DNA of 63,773 nt, filler included, from Globobulimina sp. (lineage: Eukaryota): NCBI GenBank assembly GCA_003354225.1. It is 30 parts of 30 records of this genome, joined end to end, with 100 filler letters (N's around TTAATTAATTAA, not from the genome) between each part and the next. Parts side by side here need not be neighbours in the genome. Positions count along the whole stretch, not along the records: positions 12,781 to 14,810 come from PIVH01009606.1; positions 14,911 to 16,940 come from PIVH01009607.1; positions 17,041 to 19,070 come from PIVH01009608.1; positions 19,171 to 21,200 come from PIVH01009609.1; positions 21,301 to 23,330 come from PIVH01009610.1; positions 23,431 to 25,460 come from PIVH01009611.1; positions 25,561 to 27,589 come from PIVH01009612.1; 23 more parts are not named here. The stretch is one strand, 5' to 3'. Numbering within the stretch: the stretch's first letter is position 1; the number at the start of each line of letters is the position of its first letter. The notes under the pieces are model-generated. The model saw nothing but the letters and a program-made list of their open reading frames with translations. It had not been told where the DNA came from and searched no databases. Below are positions 13,928 through 25,842 of the stretch, piece by piece. Both the position numbers and the translations under genes were made by a program.

Positions 13928-14781
13928 ATGTCAACAGAAGTAGCCCAAACAACAACAAACGAGGAAGATTATACCAACACCATTGATGATTACGAAAACG
14001 AAAATGAAACCCTAAACCCAAAAGAAGTTCCGCTATTCCGTACATTGATAATGACCAAGGCATACAACACATACACCCACATACCATACATACTACATAC
14101 ACACAGGACGCCGAAGACTCATTAGCCGCAATGAAAAAACGAGTGGCGGCAATAGAAGCAGAAGCAGCCAAAATATCAGCGATGTCTGCAGTGGATGATG
14201 AAGATACACGCAATTCATCACTAACACCGCAAAAATCGCTATCCAATGAACCCAAAAATACATTAAATACAAATGATTTATCATCAAATAAACCAAACGA
14301 GCAAAAGGTTGAAGTGGCTGCTCCCAAAGAAGGGAGTGCCGCAGAGGAACAATGGCCGTCCACTATTGAAGAGCAGGAAGAGTTAGATTCGCGATCTGTG
14401 TTCATCAAAAATGTATGTTATGCAATCTTAGCTAGCGCAAGGATAGAAAATAAAAACAGCATCATCGCATTCTATCCAACTGAAAGCATGCAATTATTTT
14501 ACATTTTTTATGTTTGAAATTAAACTCTAATTATATTACATTGAAAAGTTCAATTATGTTACATATTTTATTTGTTTTTGTCGCAGGTCGATCATAATAC
14601 AGATGCGAATGAATTAAAATCGCACTTTGAATCGTGTGGCACCATCGAACGTATCACGATTGTGTGCGATAAATGGACGGGTAAACCCAAAGGATGCGCG
14701 TACATTCAATTTAAATCTCAAGAATCCGTGGCTGCGGCGTGCTTATTAAATGACAAAGAATTCAATGGGAGACTTATTAAG
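13928..14781 (+). CDS. PABPN1: Nuclear poly(A)-binding protein 2, 3' truncated
   Basis: Coiled coil LAAMKKRVAAIEAEAAKI; RRM DSRSVFIKN|VDHNTDANELKSHFESCGTIERITIVCDKWTGKPKGCAYIQF across GT-AG introns. Confidence 0.92.
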
Positions 14782-15879
14782 GTTTGTACACAGTATACAC
14801 CTCACCTCACNNNNNNNNNNNNNNNNNNNNNNNNNNNNNNNNNNNNNNNNNNNNTTAATTAATTAANNNNNNNNNNNNNNNNNNNNNNNNNNNNNNNNNN
14901 NNNNNNNNNNTGGACCACCACAATTTAGACCTCGATAAAAGCTTATTTTATTTTATTAATTTTTATTTTTTGACATGGTGGAGTTGCTCCTTATTTTCTT
15001 CAATGTAAACAAGCCAATGTCATATTAAAATGTTGTGTTTTTTTTGCTGTAATTTTTTTTCTTTTCGTTTTTTTTGTGTTGATTGTTGAATTGCCACATC
15101 CATCAAATGTTTATTACCATTTTCGGAAACTATCAAAATGACTGGTTATTCGACGAAAACTAGTTTAACCGTTTGAAACAATTATTTTATATAGTTCCTT
15201 TTTTAAACAGTTCAAACATTTTTTATTAACGTGTTTTTTTTTCTTCATAAAGATTTCTCCAGTTTTTTACTAACAAAAACGAGCGCCTTTATTAAACGAA
15301 CTGGAGAAAAAACCTTATTAACAAAAAATGAAGGCCTTTATTGGGGGATGAAACCCATGAACAAAACCTGTACCTAAATGCACAAAAAAGATTTAAAAGT
15401 ACATTAGCAATTGTTTGCAAAACCATTGCTGATGCAGATAAAAAAACACCAATTTACACAAATTTTAAACTCAAATTCATAATAAAATAAAAAAATAACG
15501 AGAGAACAAAAACAGAGAAAAGAGGATCCAAAAACAAATAAAAGAGGATCCAAAAACAAAGAAAAGTTAGTAAGGTTACAATACGGCACTTTGATTGAAT
15601 CTCAACTTCTGAATCCAATTCAGCGGGTTCGTGATGTTGTTTTGTTGATTTTCGTGAAAGTGATTTTCGCGAAAACGATTGTGATGTTGCGTGATGTTGC
15701 GTGATGTTGTTAAAAAAACCTTACTAAACTCTAAACTCTTAACTCATTTTCCTTGCATTGTCACCATAACAAAGCAAAGCAAACACAACCAAACCAAACC
15801 GATTATCAAAGTCGACATCAACATCAAACTCGTAGTCGTAATCGTAACTGGTATTGTTATCAATTCTATATTGGAAATG

Positions 15880-16145
15880 TTACGAATCATATTTTTTATA
15901 GCAATCGCAGTCATGGCGCAGTCAAGGATGCGATCGAACGAAGACTCCAATTCCCGGCGTACCAGAATCAATCATTATGCCGTAGAAATGACAAACTTTA
16001 TTGCCAAGCCTGCAATAAACCGATCCAACACAAACATAAATCGACAGTCGATCGTCATTTTGGTTTCGATCAAAAGCAAGCGGCGGCATCAAATAATGGT
16101 AGCAAGCATAGGGCGAATTTATTATTATGGAATGCGGCGCAATTA
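15880..16145 (+). mobile_element. CGGBP1-like zinc finger, probably the N-terminus of a hAT-type transposase (fragment)
   Basis: AIERRLQFP...KLYCQACNKPIQHKHKSTVDRH resembles the CGGBP finger (R..EF...KLFC..C...L.H.RKS.I..H); upstream DNA is noncoding with short tandem repeats. Confidence 0.6.
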
Positions 16146-16485
16146 GGAGGCGGTGATTTGGATTATACGGATGTGAAAAGTGGATGGGTTATTTTCCCCA
16201 TCCTGTCACTGCCCTTGAGAATTAGTGCAACGACTTTCTCTGGAACTACACTTGATAGTTTGCAACATATAGATCAAAAAGCAGCTCCATGCGCAGCGCT
16301 TTCATATGGTATCTATTACGGCTCTCCGATTAGTGCTGAATTTTTGAAAATCTTTTCGAACACCTCTCATTTCTTCGTTCAGTTCGAAAAGTCAGCAGCA
16401 TGCCAAAAAGAATAGGAAATACACCAGAAACTGATTGGATCACCACATGGATTCACCATCAAAAACAACAACCAAAAAAATGAAT

Positions 16486-16557
16486 TGTCGCTTAGCTCAA
16501 GAAGAGCACTGGAATGCATGAATTGATATATCCAGTAGATTCAGGTTCAAATCCTGT
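16486..16557 (+). pseudogene. tRNA-like element (Cys-like loop ATGCA), copy 2
   Basis: TA-GCTC-AAGAA-GAGC-A-CTGGA-ATGCATG...TCCAG-TAGAT-TCAGG-TTCAAAT-CCTG followed by an A run; no 3' acceptor strand. Confidence 0.7.
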
Positions 16558-17040
16558 AAAAAAATGTATTTGATGGTAATAAGTATGTAATTATTATAAT
16601 AAGCAATTAAACAAAGAAAGAATATGATTTGGATTGGAATTAATATGATGATGACCTTGTACATGGACATGGTCAGCATCGTCATAAGATTTATATGGAT
16701 TGGAGGATGAAAACAGATTTATATGGAAAAAATAGATTGGAATAGAATAGATTGGATTGGATTGAATAAGTTAAATGGTTTGGATTGAATTGGATAGATT
16801 GAGATTTGAGAGGATAGAGGGTGGATTTGATGAAAATGAAATGTTTGATGATGGCGAATTGTATGGCCATCACCACCCTCAAAAACAACAGAAATGACAA
16901 ACTTATTTTAATTTTTGTTTTTGTTTGTGCGTTTTTATTTNNNNNNNNNNNNNNNNNNNNNNNNNNNNNNNNNNNNNNNNNNNNTTAATTAATTAANNNN
17001 NNNNNNNNNNNNNNNNNNNNNNNNNNNNNNNNNNNNNNNN

Positions 17041-17378
17041 AAATACGAGTACAACCACATATATGTTAATTTTTCGAGATGGTAAATAAATTTAATATGT
17101 AATGGCTGAGATTGGACACTTGTTTTTATGATATTACACGACTGTTTCTGCCGAAAAAAACAACACGTCATTCGACAACAAACTGAATAGCATATTCTAT
17201 GCGATGCAGCAATATAAATGCAGTAAAATAATAAATTAAAAATAATGTTGATAGCAATGGCCCAGCAACCGAATGGAGATGGACTCAGCTTAAATTTCCA
17301 TTCAATATACAAACAAACACCAATTGTAGAAAATATAGTTAATAATAATAACAAGATGAATAAAACCAAAGTCTCCAT
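17041..17378 (-). CDS. Hypothetical membrane protein, truncated
   Basis: Two hydrophobic helices after the ATG at 17378; divergent from the MBOAT gene. Confidence 0.5.
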
Positions 17379-17421
17379 GCTTTTTTTACTTAGCTAGAAA
17401 CTTTTTTCTTTTATATAAAGA

Positions 17422-19070
17422 ATGCTGTCGTCTCGGAAAGCCGAAACAGAAACAGTAGCATTGATAAAACCAGATGTTACAATCGAAGACAAGTACAAAG
17501 ATAACAAACAAGACGAATTTGGGAGAATTAACAGTGGATTGGAACTCATCATTGTTTATTCATTTGTCATCTTCATATTTTTCAATGGATTTAAGAAAAT
17601 CAAATTATTATCGGATGAATTATTATCTCAATCTCTGGCAAGAAACTTAAAACAAGGCTGGATCTTGAATCGAAAGATAGATTTATCAGATATTCAATGG
17701 AGAGCATACAGGGAAAACTTTGTCATTTATTCAGTCTTTGCAACGTTTTTTATCATTGTTTCGAAACTATTGAGATATATTTTGCATTGGTATTACAAAC
17801 AGCAATTAATGTCAAATGCAAATAAATACCATATTCTATGCACCATCTCTTATATTTATAATATCTTTCATATCCTCGTTGGTTGCATATTTATTTTATA
17901 CTTACACGGTTCTTCATGCATTGTCATGATATTATTCATGTCCATAAACTACGGAATTGCAAAGTTGTCGCATTCCTCAAAATATTGCATTATCATAACA
18001 TGGATATATAACGTAATTATGGCATTTATATCATTCCGATTTGACAAGCTGTTCGCTGCCAAATTTCTATTCTCAAAATCAAAAATCGATTGGAATCAAT
18101 CGTACAGATTTGGCATTTTGCGATGTATCAGTTTTAATATGGATTTGTATTATTTGTCAACCAAACAAAATATCTACAAATCAAAGTATAATGAGACATA
18201 TACAGAGCTTATAAATGTGGCTGATTTTTCATTGATTAATTACTTTGCATATTTACTGTACTGTCCCTTGGAATTAATGGGACCAATCATCAGTTTCCAC
18301 GAATGGATAATTCAAATTAAATTAAAGTTTTTATGCCAACGTAATGCTGAATTATCACATAAGAACATCGGAATATATTTGTTGCGCTTATTTATTTTAT
18401 GGATATTGCATGAAATATTGTTACATTATTATTATACACATTATATTTCACGCTTTGGATATCCGCAAAATACCAATAAAAGAGGCGATTATCTGATAAT
18501 ATTGGCATTGTTCAGTTACATTCATTTAAAAATGATATGGTTTAAATTTTCTATCATATGGAAATGTGCCCGGTTCTGGGCATTGTGTGATGGCATTGTG
18601 ACTGTCGAAAATATGAAGAGATGCGTATCAAATACTAGCTCCATTGTTGAATTCTGGAAGAATTGGCATTCTTCATTCAATTTATGGAACATCAGATATT
18701 TATATATTCCATTGGGTGGAAACAAAAGACATAGAATTTTAAACACATTCAGTGTTTTTATGTTTGTGTTTCTATGGCATGGCGATTTCCATTTTTCTTT
18801 ATTATTTTGGAGTTTATTGATGTGCATTGCCATAATTCCGGAGGTGTTGGTAAAACAAATGTGTTTGAAAAACAATAAGATTAAAAATAATAAATATGTT
18901 TATGCCGCAGCAGCTGCTGTCAATGTGATAATATTAATTATTGCGAATAATATTGGATTTGGCCAAGGTTTACATGATACACTCACTGCATTCGACGCTT
19001 TTTTTGTGCAGAAACCTTGGATTGGAATACTGACATTTTTGTGTTGTTATTTGAGTCTGATTATCGTAAT
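17422..19070 (+). CDS. MBOAT acyltransferase, GUP1/HHAT-like
   Basis: KIDLSDIQWRAYR, LRCISFNMD, YCPLELMGPIISF, ENMKRCVSN, FWKNWHSSFNLWNIRYLYIPLGG, FVFLWHG (catalytic His). Confidence 0.95.
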
Positions 19071-19281
19071 NNNNNNNNNNNNNNNNNNNNNNNNNNNNNN
19101 NNNNNNNNNNNNNNTTAATTAATTAANNNNNNNNNNNNNNNNNNNNNNNNNNNNNNNNNNNNNNNNNNNNTATCCATTTCAATCGCTATGCCGCCGCTGC
19201 TATGACACCAATAATCAGTCAAACGACTGAGGTTTTTGCTGAATAAATCCGTTTGGGAATGTATGATTTCGTCGCCAGGGG

Positions 19282-19896
19282 TCATTTCATAGTCGCCTGA
19301 ATTTCAGATATATGCATAAAAGATATATGTATGGTGGTTTGTGGCGGATGCGATTTTGCGTAAAGCACTAAACTGTCGGCATTTTCGTGAATTAAAGTGG
19401 ATGACCAACGGTTATGGTCTCGGTCTTCGTTGTCATCATCGCTCACAGGGTTTTCATTGGGGCCTAGTGAGGGATGCCTATAATGAGAGGTATCGTAGGT
19501 ATTGTTATTGTTTTTGCTGTTTTTGTCCGGCGTATGTTCCTTGGAGCCGCGTGTCTGAACGGCTTGTTCCTCGTCATTGGGACTATAGTCATCATAGTTG
19601 TTGTCGACGTTTTCGTGAATGAAGACATTTGCGTGTTGGTCGTCGTAGTCTTGTGAAGATTGATGAGAAGAGAGCACTGTGGTTTTTTGATCGGTGTCGT
19701 AATCATCCGCAGAGGAGATACGCATAGACCGATCACTCATCGCTGTATTGTCGGGTTGGCCATAAGAGACATCATTGTCGGTGGGATCTACATCATGGAC
19801 ACTAAAACGACGCTCTTTTTTGATGTTTGTGTCGTCTGCTAATTGTAACTCGCCAAAGTCCATGTTTGTGTCGTCTGCTACTTTGGCAAAGTCCAT
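19282..19896 (-). CDS. Hypothetical acidic low-complexity protein
   Basis: 204-aa ORF beginning with a duplicated MDF...ADDTN unit. Confidence 0.5.
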   Translation of the reverse strand: MDFAKVADDTNMDFGELQLADDTNIKKERRFSVHDVDPTDNDVSYGQPDNTAMSDRSMRISSADDYDTDQKTTVLSSHQSSQDYDDQHANVFIHENVDNNYDDYSPNDEEQAVQTRGSKEHTPDKNSKNNNNTYDTSHYRHPSLGPNENPVSDDDNEDRDHNRWSSTLIHENADSLVLYAKSHPPQTTIHISFMHISEIQATMK

Positions 19897-20245
19897 GTTT
19901 GTGATTGTAATTTGTAAAGGTTTTCTTTTTACTTGTCAGGGTTTTTTGTAAACTACTTTAATTAGAAGACTACCTTTTGGACTTTTTGGAAACATATGGA
20001 GATTTAAAATCCTATGGAGATTTACATGCAGTGCAAGGATAATGTATACAATTTCAAAAGAAAAGTGTTTCAAACAGGTTCTATTCTAAAGTATAAGTAA
20101 AAATAACCATTAATTGACACAAAACTGTAACATTATTAAAAATACAAAATTTATACCAACGGTCGAGCGGTTCGCGCTGGTTCAAAAATCATGCTATTAC
20201 TATTATTTTTATTGGATACATGTATATATTTTCTAAATGTAATGT

Positions 20246-20690
20246 TTAATGGTAATTTATTGGAATTGGTACATTTGTTGGGTCTTTTGTTGGGTCTTTT
20301 GTTGGGTCTTTTGTTGGGTCTTTTGTTGGGTAATATGTTGGGTTATATGTTGGGTTATATGTTGGGTTATATGTTGGCTCATTTGTAGGATCTTTTGTCG
20401 GGTTACGTGTTGGGTTATATGTAGGGTGTCGTGTGGCTGTTGGTGCAGTAGAAGGCTGTTGTGTAGGTTCCATCGAAGGTGATTTAGATGGATTTATTGT
20501 TGGTGATTTAGATGGAGATTTTATTGGCGATTTTGTAGGGACTTTGGTTGGTTGAGCTGTAGTGGGAATTGGTGACCTCGTTGGTAATGCTACTGGAACG
20601 AAAGTGGGTGTATTTGTGGGTTGCGGAGTGACTGGATTCCATATTATTAGTATTGCTAAAACGTAAAAAAGACAAAGCATTGGCACTGGG
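20246..20690 (-). CDS. PT-repeat (PTxx) mucin-like protein exon
   Basis: 12-bp tandem units encoding PTKD/PTYN/PSKS. Confidence 0.7.
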
Positions 20691-20909
20691 AAAAAACGTT
20701 GAGTTAAAATACGGAAACGTTACAGTTTTAGTATATGGCAGATAATATTTTTTGAATTGCGAACTTTCCTCAAACTGCTGTGCGTTTCTATGCAAAAATG
20801 TACTATATTTCATAATTACAAATTCTGAAATGTAACATTTATCATATATTAAACACTAAAGATTTATCATATATTCATAAATTCTAAAATGTCATTGATA
20901 TTGTTGCAA

Positions 20910-21200
20910 TTACATTACTATCGTAACAATATCATCATCATTATATTTAGCGTTATCATCAGTTTCCCCATTATTTAGGTTGTCATCCATTTTAGGGCCT
21001 TCTTCAGTTACCCCACAATCCATTATCATATCCGGTAACATCTTGCTTTCTCTCTTCAGTGATAACAGCTGTATATCTCTTGATTTCTCTCTCGTATCAT
21101 ATTCATATCCTGGGCCATTAAACTGTACGTAATCATAATCAATGATATTATTTACGTTATCCATTCCCTGAAAACGTTTTTTATTCACCCAAAAACACAT
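20910..21200 (-). CDS. C-terminal cytoplasmic tail of a membrane protein
   Basis: CFWVNKKRF followed by an acidic tail like other surface proteins in this window. Confidence 0.45.
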   Translation of the reverse strand: MCFWVNKKRFQGMDNVNNIIDYDYVQFNGPGYEYDTREKSRDIQLLSLKRESKMLPDMIMDCGVTEEGPKMDDNLNNGETDDNAKYNDDDIVTIVM

Positions 21201-21415
21201 NNNNNNNNNNNNNNNNNNNNNNNNNNNNNNNNNNNNNNNNNNNNTTAATTAATTAANNNNNNNNNNNNNNNNNNNNNNNNNNNNNNNNNNNNNNNNNNNN
21301 TGTTCGTATTTGTTGTTTGTGTATGATTGGACGAAGCAACGTTGCTCGGAGTTTTTTTTTTAAAATACTTTCATCAAATCAATAGAGTTGCAAATTTGCT
21401 TCGTTTTAAGAGAAT

Positions 21416-21970
21416 ATGGATAAGAAAGAGAATCAGTTGGAGACATTATTACAGGTTGGAGACATTAAATGTGGTGATAAAATGAAAATAAATGGAAAAA
21501 CAGTTACATTTAAAAGTGGAGTATCGGGTGCTAATACAGCATATTCACCATCGTTATCATGTGCTGGAATCCATGAAATTAAATTTAAAATAATAACAAG
21601 TAATTGTGGTATAGGTATTGGTATTTCATCGACCACAGAGCATGCAAATAAATGGTGTTTTGGTAAACGTAGAGATTCATACAATTATGGATACTGTTCT
21701 TATGCAGATATATATAGTGGTGGAAGTAAAGTGAGCCATGAATTTGAATGGGAAGAATATGGAGTTAGCTATGGTTCAAATGATATTATTATTCTTTATT
21801 TGGATTTTAATTATTCGCAAATATCTTTTTATAAAAACGGACAAATTTTGGGTGTTTTGTCAAAGATTAAGGAAATCGAAGGAAAATATTATGTTGCTGT
21901 ATCTATGGGTAGTGGTTGGAGTGATGCATCGGGATCAATAAAGATTTTATCATATACTATCAAACAATAA
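21416..21970 (+). CDS. SPRY/B30.2-domain protein
   Basis: GIHEIKFKI, IGIGIS, YGSNDIIILYLDFNYSQISFYKNG, YYVAVSM. Confidence 0.85.
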   Translation: MDKKENQLETLLQVGDIKCGDKMKINGKTVTFKSGVSGANTAYSPSLSCAGIHEIKFKIITSNCGIGIGISSTTEHANKWCFGKRRDSYNYGYCSYADIYSGGSKVSHEFEWEEYGVSYGSNDIIILYLDFNYSQISFYKNGQILGVLSKIKEIEGKYYVAVSMGSGWSDASGSIKILSYTIKQ

Positions 21971-22172
21971 TTATAGAGTCAACAAACGTATTTTGTTATT
22001 TTCAATTACATTTTTCTATCATTTTGCAATTTCTTTCTTAAGCGATAACGATTGGTGTGTCAGATTTATAAATGCCGATGAAATTTAATTTAAGAAGTTT
22101 TCATTTTGCCGCATTACTACGCAGGAAAGCAGAACTCAAGAAAAAGAGCTGAAAGCAGAACGTAAATAAGTT

Positions 22173-23330
22173 TCATTGACGATGATTCGCGGGATACACA
22201 TTCCTATGATCCCATGTCGGCCACAGCGATGCAAATATCCCAATTAAAAATCTTTGCAACAATTGAACATAATTCAATGGCAAAAGTGCTACTCTCTCAT
22301 TATTATTATTCTCCGATCCATCGTTGGCTGCATTTGGATCTCTATGTTGCACTTCGTTTCTATTTCTATTCCGCCCCATAAACCTACCAAATATCCTATG
22401 CAATATTCCAATTTGATGTAAATAGTAAAAACCGCCCAATACGCATAACATCGTAAATCTATACGTTCCCAAATCTAAACACACGCACAACTATAAAACA
22501 CAACACATCACACACACAAAATACACATAACTCGGTCCAAATAACCACATAAATATACCCAAACGTATCAAAACATTGATATTTAAAATGCGGAAAAACC
22601 ATCCAAACCATCCCTCCCTCACTGCATCATTATTATTTCCATCATTCGCATCATTCCCCACATCATTACCATTATTACCCACTGCATTCCCTCCATTATT
22701 CTCATTATTAGCCACATTTGGAACCCTTCGTTGCCTCAATCCGAACCTCTGCGCATTGGCATCATTACCATCATTACGCACATTATTTTTTTCATCCTTG
22801 TCCTCCTTTGCGTCATTTTTTTCATCTTTCTCCTCAATCTTCGACGGTACAATATGCTGTGGCGGTGTCTGTGCATTTATATTGCGCAAATATCTCAGAT
22901 CTGAGGTAGAATGAGAACGCACTCCAAAATGGCCAAATCTATGAAACTGTGGCATTGGCGGTGGATGGCCATGGGGCTGAGCCATGTAATGGGCATACGG
23001 CGCATGCATGGGATGAAAGGGCGCATTTTGATTGGGATTGGACGCCTGCTGCACCAATGTAGGCGGCGCAAACGGCTGCGATGGATTGGCATAATTGGAC
23101 GGGAGAGATTGGCCACGGTGTGCATAGGCAGAGGGATGGTATAAGTCAGGCATAGAATGGCTGAAATAGTATGGATTGGGAGGCGGCGGAGGTGGCATAT
23201 TGTAATAATGATGGTATGCATGGGGTGGTTGCTGTGCATGGGCGTGCATGTAGTGAGGGGGAGGAGGTGGCCGTGGATGTGAATGTGGTGTGAATTGAGG
23301 GGATATGGTCTCATTGGCCTGGGATGATGT
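22173..23330 (-). CDS. HERP-like ERAD membrane protein, C-terminal part, 1 intron
   Basis: Pro/His-rich region, then VLIRLGIFMWLFG...GGFYYLHQIG and a terminal FLIGIFASLWP. Confidence 0.6.
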
Positions 23331-23430
23331 NNNNNNNNNNNNNNNNNNNNNNNNNNNNNNNNNNNNNNNNNNNNTTAATTAATTAANNNNNNNNNNNNNN
23401 NNNNNNNNNNNNNNNNNNNNNNNNNNNNNN

Positions 23431-25460
23431 CCTTGCCATCCGTGGTCTTGACCCCACGAGCCTGCATCATCTGACCACCAGTTTCCCTCGCAAGAGTTGA
23501 GGTAGCCCATGATTGCCGAGGCAATCGCCCGTGCCACCACCGACCAGTGGGAAGACGAAACTGACGGCACCACCGGACAGCAACACAAATTGGCCGAGAT
23601 CGCGCTGCCCAGCACGTACTATAACAGCGAGTGCGGCGACCAACACAAGATCATCAGCGGCGGGACGAGCAGCATCGGCATCGGCGGCGGCAATGTGGTC
23701 GATTTGTTCATGGATCCATTGCATGAGATTGAGTTCACAGCGGATAATCTGGAGCTACATAACAAGAAATTGGAGGTGCAGCGGCAGCAGAATCGCTACA
23801 ATAAGTTGAGCAGTAAACAGAAACGGGAGCCATACCATTATCACCAGCACCAACACCAACATTTGCACCATCATTACCACAATAACGGAGCGGGCGGCGG
23901 TAGTACCACAGCGGCGGACATTATCAATCAGCAGAATGGGCATGGCACGCATTTGGGGATGAACCTGGGCGGCCTGTCGCATCTAAGTGGCGTCAGTACG
24001 GATTCGCAGGCCTTGGTCCGCGTGTTCCATCCGACGAACAGAATGCGATCCATGTTCCAGGATAAAGAGAAAAAAAAACTGAATTTGCCGGTTAACCCGG
24101 AATCGCAGTACTCGACTGCTGCGGCCTTGGATCCGTTGGACGAGTTGGATAATATGGACGTGTTGAATAACTATGATAAGCACAAGGAGTTAGGGAATGG
24201 GACGGATGCGTTTGTGTATGAAGTTGTAGATAGGTACGTTTTTTGGCATTTTTAATGCAGTGGAAAGTTTTTTTTAATGTGCTTCAGTAAAGCTCATGTC
24301 GACATGCTTGAGTTGCTCCAAATATTCATGCTTCGTACCTTGTCAGATATTGTTGTAACATCTGACAAGATACGGCGCATTTTATTTCATTTTCGCTGTT
24401 GTAAACTGTTTGTTGTACATGCACAGACGTGATAAGTCGCACGTGGCCATGAAATTAACCAAGCGTAAGTCTGGCAGATACAAGACCGAGATCCATTTAT
24501 TGCACCAATTGCGTACGTGTCCCTACGTGGTGAAGCTATTAAATTGCTTGGAAAACGACAACGTCTATGTGTTAATCTTGGAACACGCACCCATGAGTTT
24601 GGAGAACCTGTTGCTTCAACGATGTACCAAGCATCCCATGCAAGAGCGTGTGGCGAAAACCATTTTATCGCAGATCTTGAAAGGCATCCAAGCCATTCAC
24701 AACTTGGGCTTCGTGCACAAGGACATCAAGCCTGAGAATATCTTAATCTTCGCCAACCGGTCTGAGCGCAAATTGATTGCCAAAGTGGCCGACTTCGGCT
24801 TTGCGACTCGCGTGGCGCCCGACAACATGATCAGTATCGACAACCTGCCGCGAGAGAAGTACGTGGAGTTCGAGAAGCATGTACGTGATCGGTGCGGTAC
24901 GCCCGGCTTTTGGCCGCCGGAGTTGGTGACCAGTTTGGCAGTGCTTAAGTATGCCTTTGAAATGGACGTGTTCAGTGCCGGCGTGACATTGTACCGCATG
25001 CTCTGCAACGAAATGCCGTTTGGCATCTTCGAATCGTGGAAATATAACACACATCATAGCCATGGCCAGGCGCACAAAAAACTGTGCAAAGTCAAGCCGA
25101 ACTGGAAGGTGATCAGTTGGATACAGTCGGACAACAAATATACGCCGGTGCTGTCCTCGCGGAAATTGTCGGATACGGTGAAGGATTTGCTGCGGTCGAT
25201 GTTGCGGATCAGACCGGAGCAGCGAGCCAATGTGGACTCGTGTTTAGCGCACCAATTTTTTAGCAATAATAAGAAAGTTAAGCAAAATAAGAGTGGCGGG
25301 TTGCGGCCAAATAACAGCGGCAGTCACATGCGGAACGCGTCGAATAGCAACACCTATTCCAATACCAATACGTATTCGGAGAGTAAGCATAGGAAAAAAA
25401 GATCCAACTCATCGAATCGGAAATATTCCACTCATCGAATCGAAAAAAAGATGAAAATGA
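23431..25460 (+). CDS. Ser/Thr protein kinase (CAMK-like, HKD non-RD), partial; intron 24234-24426
   Basis: LGNGTDAFV, VAMK, HKDIKPEN, DFG, CGTPGFWPPE, DVFSAG. Confidence 0.95.
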
Positions 25461-25842
25461 NNNNNNNNNNNNNNNNNNNNNNNNNNNNNNNNNNNNNNNN
25501 NNNNTTAATTAATTAANNNNNNNNNNNNNNNNNNNNNNNNNNNNNNNNNNNNNNNNNNNNTAAAACTTTTAAAAACGCAAAGTTAGCAGTGTCCAGATGC
25601 TCTGCATGCTTATGCAATAATTTGCATCAATTATATTGGCGTTCTTTAGCACTCATTGCAAGTTCTAATACAACTCATCAATAAATATGGTATCATACAA
25701 AAATCCATTTTATTGATATAGAATTAGTGCATTTAACTGAATTGAAAGCAAAGTATAGATAATTCAGTTGCTTTTATCCGCCTACAATCTATATTAATTG
25801 TTAGTTTTTTTAATTGATATTGATAATTATTTATATGTACAG

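Noticed and set aside
14025-14107. GC-AG intron in PABPN1 (AAG/GCATAC)
   Set aside because: An in-phase GT donor (GAA/GTTCCG) lies just upstream, so a non-canonical site is not needed.
20249-20482. CWVF/CWII-repeat ORFs (also 49739-49969) as Cys/Trp-rich proteins
   Set aside because: They are antisense shadows of PT-repeat coding sequence.
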